From: Lingula anatina
Lineage: Eukaryota > Animalia > Brachiopoda
Direction: 5' to 3'
Length of the DNA: 64,000 nt
Assembly (NCBI GenBank): GCA_051362555.1
Contig: CM120640.1
Coordinates: forward strand, 48,586,788-48,650,787
Part shown: piece after piece, positions 51,599 through 64,000 of the stretch
Layout of the letters: the number at the start of each line of letters is the position of its first letter
How positions within the stretch are numbered: the stretch's first letter is position 1
Notes under the pieces: model-generated
Databases searched by the model: none
Seen by the model: the letters and a program-made list of their open reading frames with translations, nothing else
What the model was told of the DNA's origin: nothing
Made by a program: the position numbers and the translations under genes

Positions 51599-53021
51599 CT
51601 GGAAGATAAGTACAGAAAAATAACATATACATACATGGATTATTTGCCACTTTGAGAATATTTAGGGGGTAAAGATTTCTTCTTCTCTTAGTATTTCTCT
51701 GATAATAGTCAAAATGCCTGCTAAATATACAGCTCCACATAAACCACAAAAATCTGTAAACACTACATTTCAAGGGACCTGGTGTTTTAATTAAAATTAT
51801 CTAAAGTAAATGTAAGGCTTCCACAATGAATCATGATTTAGACAGAATTCATTATTTGTATGCAGTACATGAAACGGATGCTTGAGCAACTGCCATAAGT
51901 GTTTTGTTGATACAGCACATGGAATTTTATGTCCTCCCATTTTGTTTTAAAAGAAAATGTCAAGACTTCAAAATGTTGATGGAAGATGCATATTTTAATG
52001 AGAAATATGTCAGCTCTATAATCTTTTATGAAAGTAATGCAATGTTGTAGAATGTGGTAGTGGATATATGCAAAACACCAGCATGCCAATTTTCAGACAT
52101 AAAAACCTTCAAAATGTTGCTTCATTTTGATATAATATGCTGAATACATAAAATACTATGAAAAAACCCTCAATAAAAAATTCTATAATGGAAATACATA
52201 TGGAAAAGATTCACCCAATGCGTATCATGCAAATGTTGTATTTACAAGAGAACCTGCATACTCCTGAATCATACTATTATATGTGCACCTCTGCACTACA
52301 TGCTGGTTTTTATTATAAAAGTTGAAAAGGTCCTTTCCCAATATTTGCAAAGATAACTGGAATAACTTCACATTATTGTCAATACATAAAGGTAAGCAAG
52401 ACATTTAAAAATCAGCTCTGTGTGCCACAAAGGTTGTCATTCATATCCTAAGTATACACAGGAGGACATGTGACACTGCACCATGACAAATTTCTATCAG
52501 GGCATTTTTGTGTGAACATATTACAAGCTGCTCATTGGCACAGTTGCTGACATGCTTCATGCAGGGAATAGTCAATGCTTCACTGGTAGCATGTGTACAA
52601 GAACCTGTGGTACTGAGCATGCTAACTCATACCTGTGTGGATGTTACATAGGTTCACTACACTGATTCCATCTGCTTCTGTAAACCAGGGCATGTTTCAC
52701 TGTTTAAATTTGGTTACATACTGAATTTATAAACATTACTTAGAGAAATTCTTTTTGATAATTCTAGGAAACTTTGGAAAAATGGGCTTGGACTATAACA
52801 TTTCCAAATTTATTTTTCATCAAATTGTCTTTACAACCCATCCCCAATTTTGATCAAGAAGCTGCAATTCACACAGATGTCTTTTATATATACCTAAAAA
52901 TTCATAAAATGTTCCTTTCCTTGCTGTAATTTATACCCACCCTTAATACACAGAGACTGTTTTCTCCCTTTTTAATTCAGGTTTTTATTTAACTTCCTGT
53001 TTGCAAAATTTCTAGACTTAC

Positions 53022-53703
53022 TTGAGCTCTTGCTCTCTCTGCTGCATCTCCTCAAGTTCTTGATGAATCTTACTTTCCGTCAAGTTCTGAGATTTCCTGA
53101 AAGTAAACTTTTCTTGTGTGTTTGTGGAATTGCCTTTCGGCTTTGTCCTTAAAGTGACTCCATTATGCCCATCTGAATGATCTGGGGTCTTCTGAGGCAC
53201 CCCTTTTTCTATGATCACAACCTCCCTCTCAGCTGGTAGAGGAAGCTTGGGTGAAGTATGTGTCTTTCGCAATTCCTCTTCACGCTCTCTTGCGATCCTA
53301 ATGTCCCTCTCAATAGGGGTTTCAGGCTGGGGGACATACTTGTAGGAGTTTTGAGGTTCAACATCTTGAAACGGCTTCACCTTGGGAGAGCGTGGGGAAG
53401 TCACAGTATCATTCTGAACACTAGAAGCATGGAGGGCAGAGTAGCTCGTGTTTGTCCCAGTGCTATGGGCTGAATCAGTGGAGTTGGCACTGAAAGAATA
53501 ACCTTCCCTTTTGAATGGTTTCACCTCTTTCTGCCAAGTCCCACTAGGCTGTTGTGGCACGTCCACAGACTTGGTGTCAGCCTCATCTTGGTCACCACAG
53601 TCACTGGCTTTACCTTGTGAACCAGACATTTGGCGTCGAAGACGCTGTATTTCTTCCTCTCTTTCACGTTGCTCTCGTAATTCCCGAGCAATTCGACTCT
53701 CCC
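53022..53703 (-). CDS. MISP/AKAP2-like protein, internal exon
   Basis: ttttag|GESRIARELREQREREEEI...ETPIERDIRIAREREEELRK...ESKIHQELEEMQQREQEL-aa|gtaagt; phase 1 in, phase 2 out. Confidence 0.88.
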
Positions 53704-54038
53704 CTAAAAAGTTAAACAATGTAAGTAAACAACTAGAATGAATGTTGAAAATGGTGTAAAATGGAATTCTCAAAGTGCTTTAAATTTTTTTCAAAAACAT
53801 TTATGTTCAAAAGAAGATGATCCAATTTACATTATCACAATCAATATTTGATACATGTATGCCATTAGTTTAACTTGAATGTTACAGTAATAACTCAATA
53901 TTTTCAATGGGCAAAAATTATCAAACTTCCAGATACATACTTTTATAATCACAAAAATTCTATTAAATTTTATATATGGCATTTGTGATGCTTTTACTGC
54001 ATAAAAAAGAACTATAGTGTAGACTGCTTTTTAATTTT

Positions 54039-54394
54039 GGTTCCGTTCACATGGAAAATCTATTTTCTAAAAATCTATTTTCGGTATCTTGTGATCACGG
54101 TCTGTGTCCTGAATACCCCACGGCGTAATTACTGGCAGCGCGAGCGAGTTACTTCCAAAGCTTTAATTAATTCTCGGCTGCGCTTGGAGGAGATTCTGAT
54201 ACCTTGACGCATGTGAGTAGTATCTCTAAGCTGTGAAGTTCATCAGTTTAGTTGTGACGACTCATGCATACAGACGCGTAATATGGCTAGTGGTAGTGCC
54301 AAACAAGTTGGAGTAACTTCCTACTGCGCATGCAAGATACCAAAAATAGATTTTTAGATTTTTTAGAAAATAGATTTTCCATGTGAATGGAGCC
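54039..54394. mobile_element. Harbinger-like MITE in an intron
   Basis: TIRs ggttccgttcacatggaaaatctattttctaaaaa...ggtatcttg / caagatacc...ttttagaaaatagattttccatgtgaatggagcc. Confidence 0.8.
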
Positions 54395-54607
54395 TTTGTT
54401 GCTACCATTCAACGAGAATATTTTAATTTTAAGAAATTATGACTTGAAAAATTCACAATTTTCCACACAATTTTTAACAGAAAGATCGAGTAATTTACCG
54501 TACCAACTCTCAAAATCTTTAAAATGATTATAATTATTGGTACGTTTAAGGTAGACACGCATATAAATGTACAAAAATAAAACACAATCAGGGTCAAAAC
54601 TATCTAC

Positions 54608-54950
54608 CCGGATGAGCAAAATGTTTTCCCTCGGCCATTGTTTCACCACTTGGAGCGCTGGATGTCTTCACTGCTGGTTTTGTAGTTGATGCCACTGGAG
54701 AACTAATATGGAGCTTTAAAGATCCACCTGAGGCGGCCTGACTCTTTTCCTTGTGTGGTGCTGAAGAAGTTGGAGGAGATGTTTTCTTTTTTGACTCTTC
54801 TATTTTCTGCTGGTAAGCTCTCTCACGCTCACGAGCAATGATCTCTTCACGCTCTCTCTGAAGACGGATTTCTCTTTCAACTATGCTTTCATGCGCTGAC
54901 AGCCTTTCTTCCTCCTTTTCTTGTCTTTCAAATTCACTCTGTTGCTGCTC
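54608..54950 (-). CDS. MISP/AKAP2-like protein, internal exon (absent from the ORF track)
   Basis: tttcag|EQQQSEFERQEKEEERLSAHESIVEREIRLQREREEIIARERE...KHFAHP-g|gtagat; open for 343 nt, phase 0 in, phase 1 out. Confidence 0.88.
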
Positions 54951-55548
54951 CTGAAATCACAAAGCATTTCATGTGAAGGATAATCATACTGTACTTTTTG
55001 AGTATGTAATATCCACAATACCTTAGAACTGAGTGTGAGTTACTTTGCCAGTGTATAGGTGTGGCACTACCTGGTCATATGTTACCAGAGCAACACACAG
55101 CTTGCTGCCTACAGTTGCTGCTAAGGGATGTCTCGTCACAGATGGAGAGGTATATCACACTGAAAAATTCTCAAAATTTTTTTGCAGTTCCTAAATTTGA
55201 ATTTTTATGCTACAACTTTCAAAACTATTTGTCTACACAAAGTATACTACTTATTGTAGCTTTTTTAATAACATTTATATGGGCAGAATGTCTAATACTG
55301 CATAAGAAAGTTACATATAAAATATTATATAACACATTTATCAAATAAAATCTTTGTGACTGTGTACGTAAATTCAAATGCCCCCATTACTAATGATAAA
55401 ACCTTAAAGCAATAATAACTCTTCGTTTCGGCCAAAAAATGAATTTTCCTGGAGTAAACAACAATTTTCCCATACTTACCAATGGTTAATGAATCCATTT
55501 TTACATTCAAAGTCAGTCCCTGGTTTTTTTCTAAAAAGTTTGGTTTTT

Positions 55549-55576
55549 TGTTAAAATCTCTTAAGAGATTTTAACA
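55549..55576. repeat. Perfect 28-bp palindrome
   Basis: tgttaaaatctctt|aagagattttaaca. Confidence 0.9.
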
Positions 55577-57022
55577 GAGTATAGACATCAATGGAGGTCA
55601 CGTGGTCTAAAGACAAGTTCAAATATCAGAATAAAAGCTATAACTGCTGTTTTCTTGGTAAAACAGAATATATTATATTTCTATGAGTTATTCACAAGGT
55701 TTTTATTGTGAAATAAAGGTCTCATACGAAGAGTTATTATCCCTTTAAGGTACTAAAATAACTAAAAGTAAACCTAACATACTGGCTTGTACTCTTTTCT
55801 CTATCAATATCTGCAAATCTGTGCAAGAAACATTGATTTAACAATATCCATGTTAAATGTTCTTAGAAGCTGCAGCAGTATTACCTCATTAACTACCTGC
55901 AGCATCTAGTGACTTCAACCTCTCTCTGAAAGCAAACGGTAACTACATTTCCACCCCTCTTGGCTTCCCCAACCACATATAACTGTCACACAATCTCTCA
56001 CCTGACCAAATGTTAATGAAACTAGGTGGGCATCTGTTTACTGTTCTGCTGTTGCTATACACAATCTTTCATAAAAATTTATTGAATTGAGAATTTAAGT
56101 GCCCACTTATCAAATTTAATTTGACGCTGGTCTCATTTAGGTTTCCACAAAGCAAAATTGATTTTTGTATTATTTTGTATATTTGTATACCTTTTTTTTT
56201 TTACACCTAACACAATTTTTTTATATTTGTTAATTTTTCGTATCATGCGAATAAAACTAGCCATCAGCACCAAAGTAACAAGTTAAGTTAGCTGTCACCA
56301 TACATGTCATATGGAAAGCAGAGTGGATCATTATGAATGTTGCTCAATGTAGTCAACAGTCATCAATAAAATGCCAATGTATAACTGCTGGGCATACAAT
56401 GTACATACATTTATTGGTCTGTCATCAGTGTCTAGCAGCACAACTTATAGTGGGCACATGTTGTCCACTATGTGGTAGTATACATTCTTCTGTTACACTT
56501 TGCTGATAATTTTTGCTTATTTATTAAAATATTACTGACAAAATAGGCAAAAGACAACTAACTTTATTGTGATTACTTTAAGGGACAAAGTGTAACATTT
56601 TACGCACATGTTAATACTTTTTTCTAAAGTTATTCAGCTTTAACTCAATATGACCTTTTTCAATGAAGCTTTTTTTCAAATATTAAACTGTCGATTTAAT
56701 CTCTTTCTCATATGGGTATTCTATCAGTTTTATCAGTGAATTTTTTATAATTTGCACATTGGATTTCTATCACATAATGCAAATAATCAAAGCATGGTCA
56801 ACTTATTCAACATATATCAGGCAGTGCAGAAATGATATATTAGCTCTGAGCGCCTAAGATGGCAGTCGAGCTGTATCCTCCCCAGCGAGGTGAGACCGTC
56901 TACAGAGTGCACCAGTGCAAAAATGACCAGGCTTCCTTTGACTTGAATATTCATATTCATTTAAATAAATAAATTACATAATTGTATAACTTCAACCTTC
57001 GGGTTGCGATTTTCCAATAAAG

Positions 57023-57061
<39 letters not shown>
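57023..57061. repeat. (ATT)n microsatellite
   Basis: Direct reading. Confidence 0.95.
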
Positions 57062-57896
57062 AAAATACAATTGATCAATACCTTTTACTTTCATCAACAT
57101 GTAATTACAATCTGCTTGCAACTCCACCCTGTTGATACTAGTGCTTGGCTTATGGACATTTACTATTTCACCCATGTACATCTGGGTTTTAAATAGTAAC
57201 TATAATTCTTTTGAAGTGGCAGAATTCACCTGTCTCTCAAGTCCAATAAATTATGAAAACAAAAGTGGTCTAACAGGTTCTCCAGTTTCCACTGGGTTCA
57301 GTTTACATACCAGATCTTTTGCAGACAAAGCAGGCAATGCCAAACATTGTATCAGCAAGAAAACTAGTACGTTGTGCAATGTAAACATATAAGCAAATAA
57401 TTTTTACGTTTTAAATGAGTCTTAAAAATTATGAATAGTTTTAAATGAATGAACTAGTTTTATTACATGCCTCCATAGATACAAAAGCAACAATAAGAGG
57501 CTGTTCTCTTACTGAAAGGGATTACACAGGAACTGTCATGTGGATGAGAAAGTACAAACCTAAGACAATGCAGATAATAGCAAAATAATGATCACTTTTT
57601 AGGCAGTGAACCTAACCAAGGTATACAGAAATCCAGATATCATACATGATGGTTTAACAAAGATGGCAAATTTATTGTGAGAATTTTCAAGCCTGTAGTA
57701 GAGCAGCATAAATCATAAAGGAATGTAAGCTACAACCAGACTAATATCAATATCTCATTAATTAATTGCTTAAAAATATAGACTTCATTAACTATGATAG
57801 CAAATGGTAGATTTATAGATATACACAACATAATTATCATCATTAGTTCAATACCAATCGTGTATATACATATGCACACTCTCATAGCAATCTCAC

Positions 57897-58447
57897 CTTT
57901 TCATATCCAGGCACAGGTTGACTAAGTCCCTGTCTCTTCATTATATGCCTCTCCTCATGCTGGTCTTGTACAACAGAGCTTTCTGCAGACGACATTGGCT
58001 TGGAAGACCAGCTGTCACCTCCAGCATTGGTAGGAGATTTGGCAGATGTCGTCTGCTGCTTTGCTGGAGGCTGTTTTGACTGGACACTATGCGGTGTGGG
58101 CTTTAGATGCAGTTCTAGGAGCCTGTCTTCCCGCTCTTTTCTCAGGCGTTCTTCACGCTCTGTTGCAAGACGGATTTCCCTGTCTATTGCACTTTCACTG
58201 GCATATTTGTCATTGTCTGTGTCAAGGCTTTTAATATTCTTCTCATCCTGGATCATCTCATCTCTGTATTTGAGGCCATCCTCTGAAATGAATGATTCCT
58301 CCTTCAGTCTGTTGTCATGCTCCCCTTCATGGTTTTTATGTTTGTGTTGCTTTCGAAAACTTTTTTTTTCTTCTTCTTCCGCAAGTTTTTCTTCCCAGTG
58401 CTTTTTTGTCAGGTCTTGGTCTCTGATTGAATGCGATTCCACTTCTC
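57897..58447 (-). CDS. MISP/AKAP2-like protein, most 5' exon confidently seen (start exon not identified)
   Basis: attcag|ga-EVESHSIRD...ESAIDREIRLATEREERLRKE...PVPGYEK|gtgaga; phase 1 in, phase 0 out. Confidence 0.88.
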
Positions 58448-58748
58448 CTGAATGATAAATAACAAATATTATATAATGTTTGTTTTTGATGAACTTTAAG
58501 GAAAAATGTAAAAAAATTACTTAATGAGGATTGCAAAATCTGGAAGCAAACTTATTTTCATATATTTTCAAAACTACTCCCCCATTTGAAGGTATTCTGC
58601 TTGATTGAAGTACCTAATGCTGTCGTGATTACAGGTATGCCTGGAAAAGATTTTTCAATCAGTAAAGTAGAACTAATTTTCTACCTTTGACATCAATAAT
58701 TAAATTGGTGCCCCAAGGGAATCTACTTCCCAAGATGGTAATTACATT

Positions 58749-58753
<5 letters not shown>

Positions 58754-58815
<62 letters not shown>
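58754..58815. repeat. (GA)n microsatellite
   Basis: Direct reading. Confidence 0.95.
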
Positions 58816-58818
<3 letters not shown>

Positions 58819-61800
58819 CTGCATCCATTTTAGTGACCTTTCTACAATCTAATGATCCCATAGTGAACACAGGAATACATCAGTTGGTACAATTAAACAT
58901 GAACTCTAGCAGTAACACCCAGAGTTTCAAATATGTTTTATTTTAAACGGCAATCCTTGGGTAAATACAGGCACAACTAGCTTTACAGTCTATAAAGGTA
59001 CACACCTTCCAATAAATTACTGACTGGGGTTATGACATGTCAAAAGATAAAAAAGATTCTTATCTCCACTAGGCCTTCTACACAAAGATTCTTATAGGCA
59101 ATTTAATATTTGTCAATAGAAACCTTTCTTGAGAAGTGTCCAAAGGAAACAAGTCCTTTGGAAGTAAACCATTTAATGAAATGCCTTGATTTTTACGCTA
59201 TAAATCTAAAATTTCTCACCATTTTATTCAGTTTGACACTGATCTAAAATACTGGCTTTAAGCTTTAAAGCTGATTTGAAACACAATCAAAGTGCAGTTT
59301 GTGCTAGTACAGACATCCCATTTTCAAATCAAAAATAAAATCATTTGTGATTCATTTTGCACTACTTTTCATCCTCTTCCAAATCCCAGGGTTGGGAGTC
59401 GGGGAGTAATAAATGTCTATCAGTTAGATTATCCCTGTGATCTGAGCATCATTACTGGCCAGACGACACAGGGTAATGTTCTTCTGCATAAAATTCACTA
59501 GATATAAAGGTATAATCAGGATGCTATAATGGCAGGATGAGTCAGATAAATAGTATTGGAGATTTACAAGTGTAAAAACTGAAGGGGCAGATGAAATGGA
59601 TATGTACAACAAGCTGGTTTAACTTTATCTGTGAGATTCACAGCATACAGAGGGACCATAAATTAAAAAGAACAGTGAACTGATTTTTGGTCACTTTAGC
59701 TAACTTATAAAATAGCTATTTGAGGTCATTTGTAAATGAGGAATAATTGACTTAACCATATTTAGAATTATCATTAATTAATTTTAAGTAGGAGCTGATT
59801 TTTTGGCCTAAATTTGACCAAATTGTTTTGTTTTTTTTTAAATTTGTAATAGTTTTAAACACAAACTAAACATTTGATAAATAAATCTACCATTTCTGAA
59901 AAAAAAAAAAACATTTTAAAAATTTTAATGCACAATCGCACTGGAGCTTAGGGTAAAGCATATGCAAGCTTTAATCTCCAATTTTACACCCTTTCTAATT
60001 GAGGTGAGATCATTATCAGTTTGTAGCATTTGTGTACCAGACTACCTATCCAAGATAATATAGCAAAATTTGAAATGATTGTTGATATAAGTATGGACTT
60101 CAACACCTTTTTTTGTATATTTGTTTAATAAGCAAGTTTTGTGTCTTTGAACATAAACTGAATAAAATACAATCATCATTTTATTTTAAAATAAAAAAAA
60201 ATAAATCAAGTATTAAAGTCCATCTATGTGCTGTTGAGATGGTAATGATAGCTGCCTTGGCTAAAGAGGAAAGTCTAAAAAAGAAAATGCTATTTTTACC
60301 CCAAAAATGCTCGTGTTATGTCATCAGTATAGAATTGCAAGATCAGAGCTGTGGATTTTAACATTGTAACAGGTGTTCATTTTGTATATTTAGGGTGATA
60401 ACTGTAGTTTTAATTATAAGGTGAACACTATAACCCTACACACTAACACTGCTATGAAATAAAAAAATTAAAAAGACTTATCTTTGGAATCAATAAATAT
60501 ATGTATTAGAAATTTTCGTCCAAACCATAAGGTAATTTCTTTTATTATATTACGAGTTACCTAATACTTATTTAAGATTTCATGCAAGATTAATAGAATA
60601 ACAACAATTTATCAAACTTCACATTTAATATGATAATTGTCTTCATAAATCTCACCTTGGCAAGAAATTGTTCAATACAACTGCCTTCACCTAGATGTAA
60701 CCTGTCTGCAGTGATGAATGCTTGTATTCAACATAACCTCACTAGCAGCAGGACTGATGACAATGTTCCAGACACAGCAGCATTGCAATTAAGTTAAAAT
60801 TCCTCCTCATCATACAATGCCAACATAGTCTGAGTTTAATCTCTGACAGGTGGACATAGTAGATAGCAATTAGTATAAAAACTGGGACTTAAATGAGGAA
60901 AATCTTATTGAATCAAACTAAATGAATCATGTACTTTTATAAAATCTTATCCAGCATAAGAAGAATACATCACATTGTCAAGTAACAGTGTTGGATAATA
61001 AACCTGATAGCCCAAACAATAAACAAGGGACAGCTTTTTGGCAATGACATCTTCAAATATTGTTGGCAAATTTCATCCATAGAAGGTTTCAGAGAAAATT
61101 AAGGCAGTGTGTAATATAACATTAGGTGAAATAAACCCACAGCGTCTGCTGCAGGCAATGATGCATGTACTGCCAGGAGCTCTGCAGTATTTAGATCACA
61201 ATGGAGCATGGATGAGTGGCTTTCTATATGATGGCTTGACATAGAAAATAACGTTACAAGCTGAACAAAAATATGACTGTGGAAACAAAATACAAAGCAG
61301 CAAAAGTCAACTCCAGAGGTGTCAACATTTCTTCTCTGTATAATGCATAATAAAACAAACAGTTCACCACAGTCCACATGACAGAAGACTTACCTTGAAA
61401 ATATAATTAGACATATATAAAATAAATGTGAGATACTAAAACATCTTTATTTTATTTGGTCTAAAACTTCATTGAAATAAACAACATTCAAAAGAAAAAG
61501 CCAATCCTAAATTGCCTCACATATAATGCATAATGCTAATGCCACAGTGATATGTATATGGCATGTTTTATGTATAAGAATCAGTTGACATCATCAACTC
61601 ACCATCTATATCAATATCCACCACCATAAAGTACAGTTTTGGTGAATGCGGTGGATCATATAAGTCCATCATGTTGCTCATACAGTAGACACACACATTT
61701 ATATAGATCTCCTCCCTGAACTACTATCACAAACAGTGGATCCTGGACCTGGGAACTGTTGTCACCTGTGGAGATAGGCAGTGTTCACCTGTCTACTCTC

Positions 61801-64000
61801 AAGCTCATCCAGACATGAACAGTAAACATCAGTACAGGATCCATAACTGGGCCTGCTATTATTTTTTTCCTGACTAAATAACTCTATAATGGTCTTCATC
61901 CAGTGTAATTGAGGTTAATGTCACGGGATGACAAGTCAGTGGTCTCTCCCGCCGCTGCCTAGATCTCACTCTCTGCTAACCAACCTAGCATGACTGCCTC
62001 CATATAAGTGGGCTAAACATGAATAGAATATCAACAGAACATTGCCAGTAATTTCTCCCTGCATCCCATTATACCTGCTGACCTCTTTACAACTACAGGT
62101 GACAAAAGTGGAGGATTTGCCTCTCCACATTCCAGACTTTCTCATTCAAATAAACTCTTCGCTTATTCATGTAATACATGTATGTGCTCTGCCAACATGA
62201 TGGAGCCTTTCAATAAATAATTAAATCCAACGGTACACCCAATCTGCCTCCAGAAAATAAATCTCCTATGAATCATACAGAGCATGGAAGGCATTCAATC
62301 CAATTAGAATTTTTTGCATAAAATTAATAAGGTCTTGGTTCCTTAGTTCTACCAGAGTCGGTCAATGTTGTGTCATTAGGGCTAAAATGTACATGCCCAG
62401 CATAGACCAGCACTTGTATCAGAGCCTAGATCATAGATTGCAGTCTAGCAATTGCACCACCTGGTTGAGAACTTAAAAAGTTTCCAGAACTTCTGCCACG
62501 GAACCTAATACTTGGTGTTCAGCTAGTAACTGTTAGGTGTTCAGTTCACATGCAGCACTGCTGCAGCTCAGTTTTAGGTTTACAATAGGATATGTGAACA
62601 AAGTCACAAAGTCAAGACCTGACTCCTGTTGACCTACACTATAGTGGAATAATGTTCTGATGTTGTTAATGCTTTAAAAAACTTGTTTATTTTACCTTTC
62701 ATGCCTTGGCAGAAGTTCAAATTTCCTACATCACCCAAGCATGTCACCAACCTCTGCAGTGAGGCTTAATTGCTTTATTTCCTAATTTGCTTTGCTGCAG
62801 TAGACTTTGAATCACAGCATAAACCAATCAAAGAAATATAAAAATAATTGATACATTCTGTGGTGATAGGTAAGAACTGGCTACGAAATCCACAAATATT
62901 TTTGATGTGTTGCAAGGTGTGGGACATACTCAAGCTTACAAATGCACATGTAAGGTTATTTCTAAATAAATTACTTAACAATCCTCTTACTGACACTGTG
63001 GTCAAGTGATGTGGTTGGTGGTCACATAAATCTTGAGAAGTTTATTAATTGTACCTTATATTGTGTAAAAAGCTATGTCAAGAAAAGGATTATAACTAAG
63101 GTCTATTGCATTCCTGTAATCTATTTAACATGAAACATTCTAACAGAATCAAGCATGGAATCTAATTTAGAGTCAGTTTCTATTCCAATAATTACAAATC
63201 ATTTCTTGCCAAGTTGTAAATACAAAGATGTGATTATAGTTCACCTCTGAGATTATATGTCCAATATATTAAAAAATGACACAGGGATACCTTTATTTTA
63301 CATTCCCATTTCAGATTTACTATTAACAGTGGCTTTGATTAAAAAAATTGATTGATAATTATAATGCAAACAATATGAAAAATATTTAAATTTAAAAATA
63401 CAAGTCAGTCAAAGTTGCTACTTGGTCAGTGTGCCATTTTCAGACAAACGCAAGATATCATGGTGGCACCTAAGTTCCTTCCCTAGCTTAGCCAAGTGTC
63501 AAATGGTTTCACTGTCCACTGGGTTTCACTGCCCACACAGTGACCGATAAATAAAAATAATTGGAGGTTCCACACTACTGCAGTGTGTGCTAAAATTGAG
63601 AACCTCCATATCTAATATCTTAGATCAGAAAATGGAAGTAGTGTCTGCAACAATGTAAATTGTTTGTGATAATTGTTGTAAAAAAAGGTTTACTTTACTA
63701 ACTTGAAAATTCACTTTACTTTACAATACCAGACATGCTGAAAACTTTTCAGAATGGCTGGACATTTGGACCGGCAGTAATGAAAAATTTGCCGGACCGA
63801 ATGGATTTTTGTCGGACCAAAAATCACCCTTTCCGTTTGAGACAGATACTACCAGTATGATTAGGGTAGCTTACTTTGTTTGTTTGTGAATGTGATAGGT
63901 TAGAAATGGAAGGGAAAAATGCTTTGGGTTTTATATAATTTAATTAGTGAAGTTTGTCAAATGATATCTGTAAATTCAAAACTGCTGCTCTTAAAACTCT

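Noticed and set aside
53258-58455. Plus-strand ORFs 53258-53473, 53511-53741, 58000-58455 and 58046-58234
   Set aside because: Antisense shadows of the minus-strand E/R/K-rich exons.

Overview
AT-rich eukaryotic genomic DNA with GT-AG introns, microsatellites and decayed transposons, most consistent with a marine invertebrate (lophotrochozoan, probably a mollusc; the taxon is an inference). Five spliced protein-coding genes can be rebuilt by hand with phase-compatible exons. (1) A two-exon PRXamide (neuromedin U/pyrokinin/CAPA-type) GPCR, + strand, 17101-28845. (2) A small two-exon secreted six-cysteine prepropeptide, + strand, 40237-40732, with signal peptide, KR cleavage site and C-terminal Gly; I cannot assign it to a known family. 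(3) ISCA1, - strand, 42092-44595. (4) A PET100-like complex IV assembly factor, + strand, 44866-47282, head-to-head with ISCA1 across a 270-bp shared promoter. (5) The 3' four exons of a MISP/AKAP2-like repeat protein, - strand, 51394-58447. The rest is intergenic or intronic: Tc1/mariner and PIF/Harbinger relics, a Helentron/HINE-type element with satellite-like internal arrays, several MITEs, SINE relics, perfect palindromes, and a Penelope-type minimal hammerhead ribozyme motif inside a 75-bp inverted repeat. All family assignments come from remembered motifs; no database search was run.
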